Shown: positions 8,238 to 17,116, counted from the stretch's first letter. The stretch: DNA of 64,000 bases from a virus (IMGVR_UViG_3300009671_000009:96001-160000); one strand, 5' to 3'. Numbers and translations are program-made. The notes: generated by a model from the letters alone, not told the origin.

Positions 8238-8259
8238 AGGCTGGGGGCAACTCCAGCCT
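8238..8259 (+). terminator. GC-rich GNRA-capped hairpin closing the motif array (terminator or stabiliser)
   Basis: AGGCTGGGG-GCAA-CTCCAGCCT directly after the stop. The U-tract is weak. Confidence 0.5.
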
Positions 8260-8290
8260 TGCTCATTAAACTATAAAGGAGATGTTATAA

Positions 8291-8818
8291 GTGGGTTTAG
8301 ATATGTATCTGTACAAGACTAAGAAAATAAAAGACATGACAAGCCAAGAGTATGAAACAGTTGATGATTTTGTATCCAAGCAAAAACTAACTAGCGACAC
8401 GGATATTGACCTTGAGAAAGAATTGAATATCGCAGGAGCTAACGAGCTTAAGCAATGTATTGATACTAGAGGACAATACATTAGCTGGCAATCTATTTTT
8501 GAAGAAGTTGGATACTGGAGAAAATCAAATCAAATCCATAATTGGTTTGTTGATAATGTCCAAGGTGGCGAAGATGAATGCAGACCGCACCTAGTTTCTA
8601 TTGATGACTTAAAGAAGCTGCGGGATCTTTGCAATCAGGTATTACAAGATCCTTCAAAAGCACCAGAGCTTTTGCCGACATTATCTGGCTTCTTCTTTGG
8701 TGGCACAGAATACGACGAATGGTATTTTAATGATCTCAAAGAAACTATCAATATTATTGACAAAGCACTTGGATCAGTAAGCGAAGAAGATACTTTTGTA
8801 TACCGATCATCCTGGTAA
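8291..8818 (+). CDS. conserved hypothetical phage protein
   Basis: MGLDMYL...YWRKSNQIHNWF...LLPTLSGFFFG...YRSSW, a pattern recalled from phage hypothetical proteins. AAGGAG RBS. Confidence 0.75.
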   Translation: MGLDMYLYKTKKIKDMTSQEYETVDDFVSKQKLTSDTDIDLEKELNIAGANELKQCIDTRGQYISWQSIFEEVGYWRKSNQIHNWFVDNVQGGEDECRPHLVSIDDLKKLRDLCNQVLQDPSKAPELLPTLSGFFFGGTEYDEWYFNDLKETINIIDKALGSVSEEDTFVYRSSW

Positions 8819-8833
8819 GAAAGGCTAACAACA

Positions 8834-9022
8834 ATGGCAAAATTTAGAGTTCCAATTTGGTGGTATGAATTACACAGCTATGATTTCATCATCGAAGCTA
8901 ACGACAAACGCGACGCACAAGAAAGAGCCATGCGTAAATTCCAATCGGGAGATTTCGATCCGAAGAGAACCTTCAGCGATTATGGCGAATACGGCATAGA
9001 CGAAATTACGGAGGTCAAATAG
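8834..9022 (+). CDS. hypothetical protein
   Basis: 62-aa ORF in operon orientation. Confidence 0.6.
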   Translation: MAKFRVPIWWYELHSYDFIIEANDKRDAQERAMRKFQSGDFDPKRTFSDYGEYGIDEITEVK

Positions 9023-9258
9023 TGAAATACGAAGATCTTTCTGAATCACAAAAGGATTTTTGTGCAGAGTTAACTGCGGATTTTGAAGATGAGTTCTATA
9101 TTAATATAGACCGCGCATTATCTTCTGGTGCATTATCAGAAGAGGATATGAAAGAGCTATCTTTCATACAAGCAATTTTTATCATTACTGCAAGATCTTT
9201 CAACACGAGATCTCCGCGAGTGAATTCGATTGTTGACAACTTGCGTAACTTTATCTGA
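9022..9258 (+). CDS. hypothetical protein
   Basis: GTG start coupled to the upstream TAG. GGAGG RBS. Confidence 0.6.
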   Translation: MKYEDLSESQKDFCAELTADFEDEFYINIDRALSSGALSEEDMKELSFIQAIFIITARSFNTRSPRVNSIVDNLRNFI

Positions 9259-9271
9259 AAGGAGATCCCAA

Positions 9272-9403
9272 ATGATCTGTCCAAATTGCAATGCCGACAT
9301 CAATGACTATGAAGTCTACTGTCCTGTATGTGACATCGATCTAACCGAAGTCAATTTCTTTGACGGCGATACTGAGTTGGTTGAGCAAATAGCAGAGGTG
9401 TAA
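9272..9403 (+). CDS. small zinc-ribbon protein (43 aa, not in ORF track)
   Basis: AAGGAG RBS. MICPNCNADINDYEVYCPVCDIDL... (CxxC-x10-CxxC) with an acidic tail. Confidence 0.65.
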   Translation: MICPNCNADINDYEVYCPVCDIDLTEVNFFDGDTELVEQIAEV

Positions 9404-9439
9404 GCCTCTGCCCGCAATTATATATAGAGGTGATTTATA

Positions 9440-10030
9440 ATGGGTTTAAGAGAAGACATCTTAAGTTGCAGAGCTTGCAGTCTATGGGATACATACAAAC
9501 AAAATGTTCCCTTTGAAGGGAACACGGAAGCAGAACTAATGTTTATCGGCAGAGATCCAGGCGATGTGGAAGTTAAGCTCCTTAGACCTTTTGTTGGCCC
9601 AGCAGGGCAAGTATTTCGTCAAGACATACTTGCATCGGTTGGAATACCAGAAAACCAGGTTTATATTTCCAACATAGTATGCTGCCGACCCAGAGGTAAC
9701 GTTGCCACTAGTAGAGATCTGTCATGGCCTTGTGCCGATAGGCATGTCAGAAGAGCCATTGGGGAAATACAACCGAAAGCAATTGTGACACTTGGTAAAG
9801 AAGCAACAGAATATGCACTCGGGTATATAATCCCGTCCATGGGAGGAACTAGAGGTAAGTTGTTGTATTTCAAAGGAACTAAAATACCTGTAATTCCCAC
9901 ATGGCATCCATCATATATACTAAGGCTCCAAAGTATTAACCCAACTGAGGCAGAGCTTCGTAGGACGCAGTCGATAAATGATATACTTACTGCTTTACAG
10001 TATTGCGAAAAGTTACGTAGTATGGTATAA
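9440..10030 (+). CDS. family-4 (Fe-S) uracil-DNA glycosylase-like protein
   Basis: CRAC, IGRDPG, PFVGPAG, NIVCCRP, PCA and WHPSY motifs. Confidence 0.85.
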   Translation: MGLREDILSCRACSLWDTYKQNVPFEGNTEAELMFIGRDPGDVEVKLLRPFVGPAGQVFRQDILASVGIPENQVYISNIVCCRPRGNVATSRDLSWPCADRHVRRAIGEIQPKAIVTLGKEATEYALGYIIPSMGGTRGKLLYFKGTKIPVIPTWHPSYILRLQSINPTEAELRRTQSINDILTALQYCEKLRSMV

Positions 10031-10031
10031 T
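10003..10031 (+). promoter_or_regulatory. SigA/sigma70-type promoter upstream of dam
   Basis: TTGCGA-17 bp-TATAAT with extended -10 (TGn). Confidence 0.7.
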
Positions 10032-10053
10032 ATAGCTATGATGGGAGGGAAAC

Positions 10054-10875
10054 ATGAAACCGTTTTTAAAATGGGCTGGAGGAAAATATAGATTAGTAGA
10101 CCTAATAGTAAAATCTTTAGGTCAAGGAAACCGCCTAATAGAACCTTTCGCTGGCAGCTGTGCTGTTTCATTAAATACTAATTATAACTCATATTGGATT
10201 AATGATGTTAATAATGACTTAATATCTTTGTATTCAATAATTGTGGGAGATGATTCTGGGTTTAATTCTTTGATTAAATGTATCGAACGATGGTTTAATA
10301 ATGGAAATAATCCAGCTACATATTATCAGGCCAGAAATCAATTCAATCAGGAGAAAAATCTTATTGATAAAGCGGCCTTATTTATATATTTAAATAGACA
10401 TTGTTTTAATGGACTGTGTCGTTACAATCTTAAAGGTCAATTTAATGTGCCATTTGGAAAATACAAAACGATTCATTATCCTGTAGAGGAGCTACAAACA
10501 TTCCGTTCTAAGTTACAAAACGCAAAGTTTACCTGTTGTGACTTTAGAGATGTAATGTCTAACGCCGATAAGGGTGATGTGATATATTGTGACCCGCCAT
10601 ATGTTCCTATTAGCAAGACATCAAATTTCACTGCCTATGCACCTGGGATATTTGGCCCTGCAGACCAACGGGACTTAGTTACTTTAGCCGAAGAAGTAAG
10701 TGGACGAGGAATTACGGTTGTCATATCTAATCATTATAATGAAGCAACTAAAGAGCTGTATAAAAATTCAGAAATGATTGTTTTCCCAGTCAACAGATCA
10801 ATTAGTTGTAACGCCAATAACAGACAAGCGGTCGAAGAAATTTTGGCTGTTTATAAACAGGAGGCCAAGACATGA
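10054..10875 (+). CDS. dam: Dam-family (D12 class) N6-adenine DNA methyltransferase
   Basis: LKWAGGK, IEPFAG, FNGLCRYN-GQFNVPFG and DPPY. Confidence 0.92.
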   Translation: MKPFLKWAGGKYRLVDLIVKSLGQGNRLIEPFAGSCAVSLNTNYNSYWINDVNNDLISLYSIIVGDDSGFNSLIKCIERWFNNGNNPATYYQARNQFNQEKNLIDKAALFIYLNRHCFNGLCRYNLKGQFNVPFGKYKTIHYPVEELQTFRSKLQNAKFTCCDFRDVMSNADKGDVIYCDPPYVPISKTSNFTAYAPGIFGPADQRDLVTLAEEVSGRGITVVISNHYNEATKELYKNSEMIVFPVNRSISCNANNRQAVEEILAVYKQEAKT

Positions 10876-11351
10876 ATCAAGGACGAACAGCCAATATGCA
10901 AGGTGCCAATCTAGAAGGAATTGTAATTGACACTATGTGTCGTAAAGGCCTTGCTTTAGTTAATTATGTCGATTGGATTAAACGTCCACAAAAGTATGGC
11001 GAAGAACTTCTTTTAAAGAACGTTCCATATACGTCTATATATGGGCATGAAGGCCGTACGGAATTTAAAATTAAATCTTGCCGATATGGCGAATATAGAA
11101 TTGAATGCAAATGGCAACAAGTCGCTGGAAGCGTAGATGAAAAATTCCCGTATGTTTATTTAAATTGTGTAGAAAGTCTACCAGAAAAAAATATAATTAT
11201 CTTAGTGGATGGTGGTGGAGCCAAAGATGGTGCCGTTCGTTGGCTAAAGAGCGCAGCTGCTAACAAATTATTTATCAAGGATATTGATAAAAATATAAAA
11301 GTAATGGATCTACGTGATTTTATTGTATGGGCAAATACAAATTTTAGGTAG
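10872..11351 (+). CDS. PD-(D/E)xK nuclease, putative restriction partner of Dam
   Basis: ATGA-coupled to dam. TEF...IECKWQQVAGSVDEKFPY. Confidence 0.65.
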   Translation: MNQGRTANMQGANLEGIVIDTMCRKGLALVNYVDWIKRPQKYGEELLLKNVPYTSIYGHEGRTEFKIKSCRYGEYRIECKWQQVAGSVDEKFPYVYLNCVESLPEKNIIILVDGGGAKDGAVRWLKSAAANKLFIKDIDKNIKVMDLRDFIVWANTNFR

Positions 11352-11365
11352 GAGAGAATACACTG

Positions 11366-11710
11366 TTGACTAATAAAAACATTATCATCAGAAAGACTCC
11401 GTTTGTAGCTGACTACGATCTTAGCGACGATGTCATTGCTTTTATACAAGCCTGGTCAGCCATGATAGACTGGAACAAATATAAAGCAATTATCTTTGTT
11501 GATGTTGCAAACATTTTCTTCTTGTTGTTTAGTATCAAAAATGATGCGCTGGAAAATTGCTACGTCGCAAAGCTGATAGAAGATCTATGGTACATGGAAC
11601 TTGATCGGGTAAAAACATGGGATCGTATTAATAACCTAATATCGATTCTTGAAACGAAAAACGAAATAACACTAGGAGGTTTCTTTAATGGCATACCAGG
11701 AAACTCATAA
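11366..11710 (+). CDS. hypothetical protein
   Basis: 114-aa ORF with GGAGAG RBS. Confidence 0.55.
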   Translation: MTNKNIIIRKTPFVADYDLSDDVIAFIQAWSAMIDWNKYKAIIFVDVANIFFLLFSIKNDALENCYVAKLIEDLWYMELDRVKTWDRINNLISILETKNEITLGGFFNGIPGNS

Positions 11711-12098
11711 AAAAGTAGAGTTCCGCATTAAGCCTTGGGTAATCCGTTTGGCTCAATGGGTCTTAATTGGTGCTCTCTTTGTGGGGCCTGTTGTTACACT
11801 GTTACTTTCTGTTAAAGATAAGGCAACAATACGCAAAGAATTTGCGGTAGAGATTGGAGAATATCAACTCACAATCAAAGATAACAAAAGGGAAATCGCT
11901 CAGCTAAAATCCCAAATCGCTGAGCTTGACAAAGAAAAGATTGAAATCTCCACAGAGCTTAAGGTGAAAGACAAGTTGGTACAGCAATTATTAAACAAGA
12001 TTTCGGAATTAGAAAGATCTCGTAAAGTGATTAATGTGCCTGATGGCTCTGTGTTAAAAATAGAAAGTCAAAAAGTGGAAGGGCATGATCAGCAATAG
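11688..12098 (+). CDS. single-TM, coiled-coil membrane protein
   Basis: Hydrophobic segment WVLIGALFVGPVVTLLL followed by heptads. AGGAGG RBS. Confidence 0.65.
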   Translation: MAYQETHKKVEFRIKPWVIRLAQWVLIGALFVGPVVTLLLSVKDKATIRKEFAVEIGEYQLTIKDNKREIAQLKSQIAELDKEKIEISTELKVKDKLVQQLLNKISELERSRKVINVPDGSVLKIESQKVEGHDQQ

Positions 12099-12133
12099 AT
12101 CATGCCTTAGCCCACATTCTAAAGGAGACAACG

Positions 12134-12748
12134 ATGAGTAAAGAAAACGAATTAGTTTTATGTTTGGACGGAGTACCTCCCTTTGTAGGCGTGGTAGAAG
12201 ACTATAAGTTTGAAGCCGATCCAAAATACATGTCTTTTCAAAGACGTGGCGACTGTGAAACCGACGAGACCAAACGTCAGATTATTCCCTACATAATAGT
12301 ATTAGACGAGGATGAGGGTAACAAGCTTACGGTACTCACCTACAAACGTGGACGTCAAGGCAACGAAGAGAGGCTTCATGATCTATATACCTTCGGAGTA
12401 GGAGGACACATCAATACTGGAGATGTAGTCTTTAATGGAAGTGACACAGTTATGAACGCTGTGTTTCGGGAAATCGAAGAAGAAATAGGTCTGAATTCTG
12501 AAGACTTTAGCTTTATAAGTCACATAGGATGGGTTGCATTAGACTCAACTCCAGTAGATAAAGTGCATCTTGGAAAGATTTATATTGCAGTTATCGAAAA
12601 GGGATCTATACCCAAAATCAAACCCGAAGCAGGGGCTTTTGAAGAAACGAAGTTCATGGGTCTAGAAGAGCTGGGAGCGCTAAACCTGGAAGGTTGGTCA
12701 CGAGCCATTCTTCCAGAAATAAAAAAATTGATAACATCCAAGATATAA
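12134..12748 (+). CDS. NUDIX-family hydrolase (predicted phosphoesterase type)
   Basis: KRQIIPY, EERLHDLYTFGVGGHIN, Nudix box REIEEEIG, and VHLG. Confidence 0.85.
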   Translation: MSKENELVLCLDGVPPFVGVVEDYKFEADPKYMSFQRRGDCETDETKRQIIPYIIVLDEDEGNKLTVLTYKRGRQGNEERLHDLYTFGVGGHINTGDVVFNGSDTVMNAVFREIEEEIGLNSEDFSFISHIGWVALDSTPVDKVHLGKIYIAVIEKGSIPKIKPEAGAFEETKFMGLEELGALNLEGWSRAILPEIKKLITSKI

Positions 12749-12911
12749 AAATGTACGGTGGGCACCGATGCAGGGAAGACGTGGCTATGATACAGTCGGT
12801 GTAAGCGCCGATGGCAAACAATCCTCAACCGTCTAAGTCCTGCACTGTTTGATATCTATGGAGGAGACTTCAGGGATGAAATAATCCGAAGACTTGAAAG
12901 GATGATGCAAT

Positions 12912-13121
12912 GTGAGTGAAGCGCTAAACAAAGTAGATGATTATGCAAGATCTGTTCTCAGAGAATTGTTAGATCAGTGCACTCCTGCACAGCAGGACTT
13001 GTTTAGAAGGCTATACATATCAATGCCAGAGACAATGCCTCCAGATAAACTAAGATGGGCGATTATACAATGTGAAAACACTGTCAAGTCGAACAAACTG
13101 AAGACAGAGGAGAAACAATGA
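12912..13121 (+). CDS. hypothetical protein
   Basis: 69-aa ORF, ATGA-coupled to the next gene. Confidence 0.55.
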   Translation: MSEALNKVDDYARSVLRELLDQCTPAQQDLFRRLYISMPETMPPDKLRWAIIQCENTVKSNKLKTEEKQ

Positions 13122-13462
13122 AACAAATCACAACCTTTGAAGGATATTACGACGAGGAAGCTGGCTGGGAATTTGATATGCCAATCATAATGGTTCTTCC
13201 CACTTTTAGATGGGGAGAAGGCGGGAACTCTGGACACGTAGATAGTATGGTTGAAGACTATCTAATCGACTGGGGATGCGATGGTCAGCAACCAGAAGAC
13301 GAGTCATGTGATGATTTCGAAATGTCTATAATTAAAGAAGAGTTCGAAGCAGCCAAGGAAGGAAAACCAAAGAGTCCTGGTCAGTCTTACTGGAAGCGTG
13401 TCATCGAATGGGATCCAGACGATGAAGATTGTAATTGGAAAACTCTAGAATCAATAGGATGA
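13118..13462 (+). CDS. acidic hypothetical protein
   Basis: GAGGAG RBS. D/E-rich, 114 aa. Confidence 0.65.
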   Translation: MKQITTFEGYYDEEAGWEFDMPIIMVLPTFRWGEGGNSGHVDSMVEDYLIDWGCDGQQPEDESCDDFEMSIIKEEFEAAKEGKPKSPGQSYWKRVIEWDPDDEDCNWKTLESIG

Positions 13463-13504
13463 GGTATTAGTGAACAACGAGACAAGGTTGCATCCGAAAA
13501 GAAC

Positions 13505-13669
13505 ATGAAGAAAGTAGCGCAGCTTGACTTAAACAATAATGTTATTGCAATATATAACAGTATTAAGGATGCAGCAAAATCAATAGGGTGTAATCAGTGC
13601 GGCATCTCTGCCTGCATCACTGGTAGACAAAAAATGTCACATGGATACTTATGGAAAGAGGCAAAGTAG
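13505..13669 (+). pseudogene. stand-alone NUMOD1-type DNA-binding domain, homing endonuclease remnant (54 aa, not in ORF track)
   Basis: KKVAQLDLNNNVIAIYNSIKDAAKSIG...GISACITGRQKMSHGYLWK matches the C-terminal module of HNH/GIY-YIG homing endonucleases. No nuclease domain upstream. Confidence 0.7.
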
Positions 13670-13671
13670 TA

Positions 13672-14343
13672 ATGAATTTGGGAGTAATTGGCAAACTGGG
13701 AAGTGGCAAGACCACGGCTGCAAATTTTATAATTGACAACTACGGTTACATAAGATTGAGTCTTGCAACGCCCATTAAAGAGATTATGAAAGAGTACCTA
13801 GATATCAAAGACAAAACAGATCCAAGATATCGTAAGGTGGCTCAAACAATTGGAACAGATTGGTTTCGATCAATCGACGATAAAGTATGGGTTAAACACC
13901 TGATGAAGAGAGCTGGGCGACTCAAGAACAAAAGCGTTGTATGTGATGATGTTCGATTCTTGAATGAAGCAGAAACACTCTTAGGCAATCGATGGGTTTT
14001 AATTTACTTAGATTGTCCGCTTGAGATTCGCAAAGCAAGATGTATTGATCGCGATGGCACCTTTGATGATGCTACGGTCAATCACCCTTCTGAGACAGGC
14101 GTTGACGATATAATGAAACAATTTGGAAATGATCCGTTCCTGATTACGGTTGATGCTAGCGGTACTGTTGAGAATACCAACAACGGTCTTAGAGCAGCAC
14201 TAGCAAAACTAGGCATCCGTCCATTGCCAGATTGGTTCATTAAACTTAAGAAAGGAGATTTGAAAAATTGGCTATCGAAGACTGGGGGGCAAAAGCTGCA
14301 CTCTATGAAAACAAAGTTAAGGCAATTCGTATCCTCCCTATGA
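13672..14343 (+). CDS. deoxynucleoside monophosphate kinase
   Basis: P-loop GKLGSGKT, LATPIK, RKVAQTIGTDWFR and DDVRFLNEA. Confidence 0.85.
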   Translation: MNLGVIGKLGSGKTTAANFIIDNYGYIRLSLATPIKEIMKEYLDIKDKTDPRYRKVAQTIGTDWFRSIDDKVWVKHLMKRAGRLKNKSVVCDDVRFLNEAETLLGNRWVLIYLDCPLEIRKARCIDRDGTFDDATVNHPSETGVDDIMKQFGNDPFLITVDASGTVENTNNGLRAALAKLGIRPLPDWFIKLKKGDLKNWLSKTGGQKLHSMKTKLRQFVSSL

Positions 14344-14714
14344 TGGATGGTCAGGAAATTCGTGAAGTAGTTGCATCCATGGATGAAGTACTTAACGAGG
14401 CTTTCTTTGACCTCAGTGAAGTCCAGGCTGATTACGAAGAACTTAATTCCATCCTTCAAACCAGAATCGCAGAATTGTTTCTGCAAGGAAAAGATACTCC
14501 TGATCCAGGAGCGCGGGGTGGCGGCGGAATGAGTGACGAGAAAGCAAAAGCTTTCTCGAGAGCACAAGCTGCCGAAGAAGGATTAGTTGCAATGAAGCTT
14601 GAAGCTGAACGTAAATTAACTTTCATGGAGAACGTAATCAATCTCATGAAAGAGAAACGTGCCCTCTTAACTGTGAGCTATGGAACTGTAAAAATTGAAT
14701 CTCAATTGAGCTAA
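14268..14714 (+). CDS. helical/coiled-coil hypothetical protein
   Basis: 148-aa ORF with AAGGAG before the TTG start. Confidence 0.6.
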   Translation: MAIEDWGAKAALYENKVKAIRILPMMDGQEIREVVASMDEVLNEAFFDLSEVQADYEELNSILQTRIAELFLQGKDTPDPGARGGGGMSDEKAKAFSRAQAAEEGLVAMKLEAERKLTFMENVINLMKEKRALLTVSYGTVKIESQLS

Positions 14715-14734
14715 AAGTTATAGGAGAGAGCAAC

Positions 14735-15007
14735 ATGATCGTTTCTAAACATGCGATAAGACGACTCAAAGATCATGCGCTGGTGCCAAAGACCATGGAT
14801 GGTCACAAGGCCCGCGAATTCATCAAGAAAAGAATCAACAGATATACTAGAAATATCTATGTAAATAAAAAAACTCTAGCCAGAGTACATATTACAGATA
14901 AATTTACAGCAATCATGTACGGTTCTAGAGTAGTAACAATCTATCCTAACGATCAGATTGATAAGGAGCGAATGTTAGAGAATGGACAACTGCGACAAGT
15001 ACTGTAG
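14735..15007 (+). CDS. basic hypothetical protein
   Basis: AGGAGAG RBS. IVSKHAIRR...VVTIYP. Confidence 0.6.
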   Translation: MIVSKHAIRRLKDHALVPKTMDGHKAREFIKKRINRYTRNIYVNKKTLARVHITDKFTAIMYGSRVVTIYPNDQIDKERMLENGQLRQVL

Positions 15008-15467
15008 TTGTCGCAACAGCGGCAAAGCATGCAGTCGATGTAGAATGTATGCACTATACAGACCTAAGCGTGATGCCAAGGTTAAGAGTAAGTCTAAGAA
15101 AGAAGGTATGTCTTTCCAAACAAAAGTCCAACAGAGACACATGGATGTTACTGGAGAACTAGGAAGGCAGACACCTAACTCTGGAGCTATTTGGTCTGAT
15201 CCTGGAGATTATGTTACTGAAAAAGATCTGGTTGAGTGCAAAGAAAGAAAACTTAATGCCAGAGGTGAGAAGAGCTTCACTATTACCCAAACTATCTTGG
15301 AAAAGATAGACGAAGAGGCAGGCAGCTCCAAGAACGGCATAGTCGCTTTTGGCTTCAAAGGAGACGACGAAGTTTATTGCATTGCAAAGTACGACCTTTG
15401 GTTAGCCCTAGTACAACAAATAAAACTACTACAAAGCGAGCTTGATAAATATGAACGACCTGAATAA
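14982..15467 (+). CDS. Hjc-like PD-(D/E)xK nuclease / putative Holliday junction resolvase
   Basis: GRQTPNSGA-x4-PGD...LVECK...SFTI...LEKI, with an N-terminal Cys cluster. Confidence 0.6.
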   Translation: MDNCDKYCSCRNSGKACSRCRMYALYRPKRDAKVKSKSKKEGMSFQTKVQQRHMDVTGELGRQTPNSGAIWSDPGDYVTEKDLVECKERKLNARGEKSFTITQTILEKIDEEAGSSKNGIVAFGFKGDDEVYCIAKYDLWLALVQQIKLLQSELDKYERPE

Positions 15468-15831
15468 AATGCAGGGTGGACGAGACCTTGACATAATGGT
15501 GGCCGAAACTTTATTCGGATCTAAACCTGATCCACGACACGGGTGGTATGGTTGGCAACCTAGGCCTTGTGCCGAAGCCGATGACTGGCAAGAAATAGAT
15601 CGTTTGCCTAAATACTCGACGGACATAGGTTTGGCAATCTTGGTATTAAATCGAATTAAGCAGATTGCAGATAGTGTGTCGATTGAAAGTACCAAGTACG
15701 GAAACTGGAAAGTCACAATTTCCAGAGTCCACGGAAGTTCAGACAGTAGCGTTCAACAACACGATGCTTTTCTCCCCGCGGCAATATGCAAAGCAGCAAT
15801 CATATTTTATATTAATTATGGAGGGAAATAA
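15451..15831 (+). CDS. phage ABA-sandwich-domain-like protein
   Basis: GRDLDIMVAE...PKYSTDIGLA...PAAICKAA pattern. Confidence 0.65.
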   Translation: MNDLNKMQGGRDLDIMVAETLFGSKPDPRHGWYGWQPRPCAEADDWQEIDRLPKYSTDIGLAILVLNRIKQIADSVSIESTKYGNWKVTISRVHGSSDSSVQQHDAFLPAAICKAAIIFYINYGGK

Positions 15832-16142
15832 TGCCATTACTTGAGGAAACGTTTATTAGATGTCTGAGCTGTGGTCACCCGTATTTCGTCGAAGCCCACG
15901 AACTTCTTTTACGCAAAGAACCTGTGAGATACTCTGATGATTACAACAGGGCAGAACTAGTTGTAGAAAATAGAAAGCTTATCTACAAGTGTTCTAAGTG
16001 CGGCGAAGTTCTTAACCGTGACGCAGCAGCAAAGAAGGCTGAGGCTGCAAGGAATAGTTTTGCGCCACCAAAGGTGGTACGCTATCCACAACCTGATAGT
16101 TCTTCTGGAGATCCAGACGCTGGTAAAACTACAACATCATAA
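15831..16142 (+). CDS. zinc-ribbon hypothetical protein
   Basis: CLSCG...CSKCG. TAATG coupling. Confidence 0.6.
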   Translation: MPLLEETFIRCLSCGHPYFVEAHELLLRKEPVRYSDDYNRAELVVENRKLIYKCSKCGEVLNRDAAAKKAEAARNSFAPPKVVRYPQPDSSSGDPDAGKTTTS

Positions 16143-16146
16143 CGAA

Positions 16147-16167
16147 AGGGGCTGATAATCAGCCCCT
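16147..16167. terminator. palindromic hairpin
   Basis: AGGGGCTGA-TAA-TCAGCCCCT in an intergenic gap. Confidence 0.5.
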
Positions 16168-16198
16168 AAATAAACATAAGAGGTGCAACTAGCAATTT

Positions 16199-16627
16199 AT
16201 GTATGAACAAAAAAGAGAACTGTTTAAAAAGGATTTCGATGATGAACTAAGAAAAGCACTGGGCAAGCCGAAAGAAAAGAGACCTGGTCAGCCTGTATCT
16301 CCAGTAGATCAGGACACTGAAAAGGAAAAGTTTGCAGTACAAATGGGAATACATGAGATAGAATCAATATCTCAGGCTATTCAAGAGTTTACAGATAAGG
16401 CAAAGGATTGTATAGTAGCTAGCCAGATTCTCAATGAACTTAGCCAGTTTGAAGAGGGTCTTGAATATACAAGACGTGTGCTCTGCTGGGACTTTAACCC
16501 TTTAACGCTTATAGCGAAAGAAGGGCCTAACTCTTACCGCAATCTGCTGTATTTTAGAAAGCAACTGATAACAGATCTGCTTAATAAATATGATAGGGGG
16601 TACTTCACTGAAGAAGATTCCAACTGA
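16199..16627 (+). CDS. hypothetical protein
   Basis: 142-aa ORF with GAGGTG RBS. Confidence 0.6.
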   Translation: MYEQKRELFKKDFDDELRKALGKPKEKRPGQPVSPVDQDTEKEKFAVQMGIHEIESISQAIQEFTDKAKDCIVASQILNELSQFEEGLEYTRRVLCWDFNPLTLIAKEGPNSYRNLLYFRKQLITDLLNKYDRGYFTEEDSN

Positions 16628-16820
16628 AGAAAAGGTAAGTTTAATACTCGACAAGTTCCCTGCTGCGGCAGACGATGATCGTCTTCTGATTTTGTTACTG
16701 TGGAAGATCTATGATGGCCTTGAAATACCTACCGAATTAATTAAAGAAATCTTGCTACATGGTACAATGCCTGAAAGTATCACAAGAGCAAAGCGCAAAT
16801 GCAAAAGTAAGACTCGATAG
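16590..16820 (+). CDS. small hypothetical protein
   Basis: DDDRLLILLLW...PESITRAKRK. Confidence 0.55.
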   Translation: MIGGTSLKKIPTEEKVSLILDKFPAAADDDRLLILLLWKIYDGLEIPTELIKEILLHGTMPESITRAKRKCKSKTR

Positions 16821-17066
16821 TTGAGTCAATTTCGGAGGGATATGTATTAAAGTCTTAAGACCTGTACTCAATAATTTTGTAGTTGATATAGCCCTTTTTA
16901 CTAGGGAGCCTCATGGAAAACGATAGCGATAGATGTGCCAAGAAAACTTCTGAACTAGTCAGGATGCTGGCAAATACTCAAGCTTGTAAAAAGCCTAGGA
17001 TCTATGAGACTCCAATTATAATGTGGTATGCAACTAAAAGGAATTTACACAGAAAATAAATTCAGA

Positions 17067-17096
17067 TTGCATATTATGTATCACCTTGGTTATACT
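17067..17096 (+). promoter_or_regulatory. SigA-type promoter
   Basis: TTGCAT-18 bp-TATACT upstream of AGGAGG and ATG 17117. Confidence 0.55.
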
Positions 17097-17116
17097 ATAT
17101 CCAGGAGGAATGTAAT

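Noticed and set aside
12749-12919. Reading frame with an internal TGA at 12788 (recoding or selenocysteine)
   Set aside because: There is no start or RBS and no recognisable motif. TGA and TAG act as normal stops elsewhere (many ATGA couplings), so code 11 fits.
16821-17060. Possible small gene or ncRNA in the gap
   Set aside because: Only short interrupted frames and a weak hairpin. Nothing supportable.
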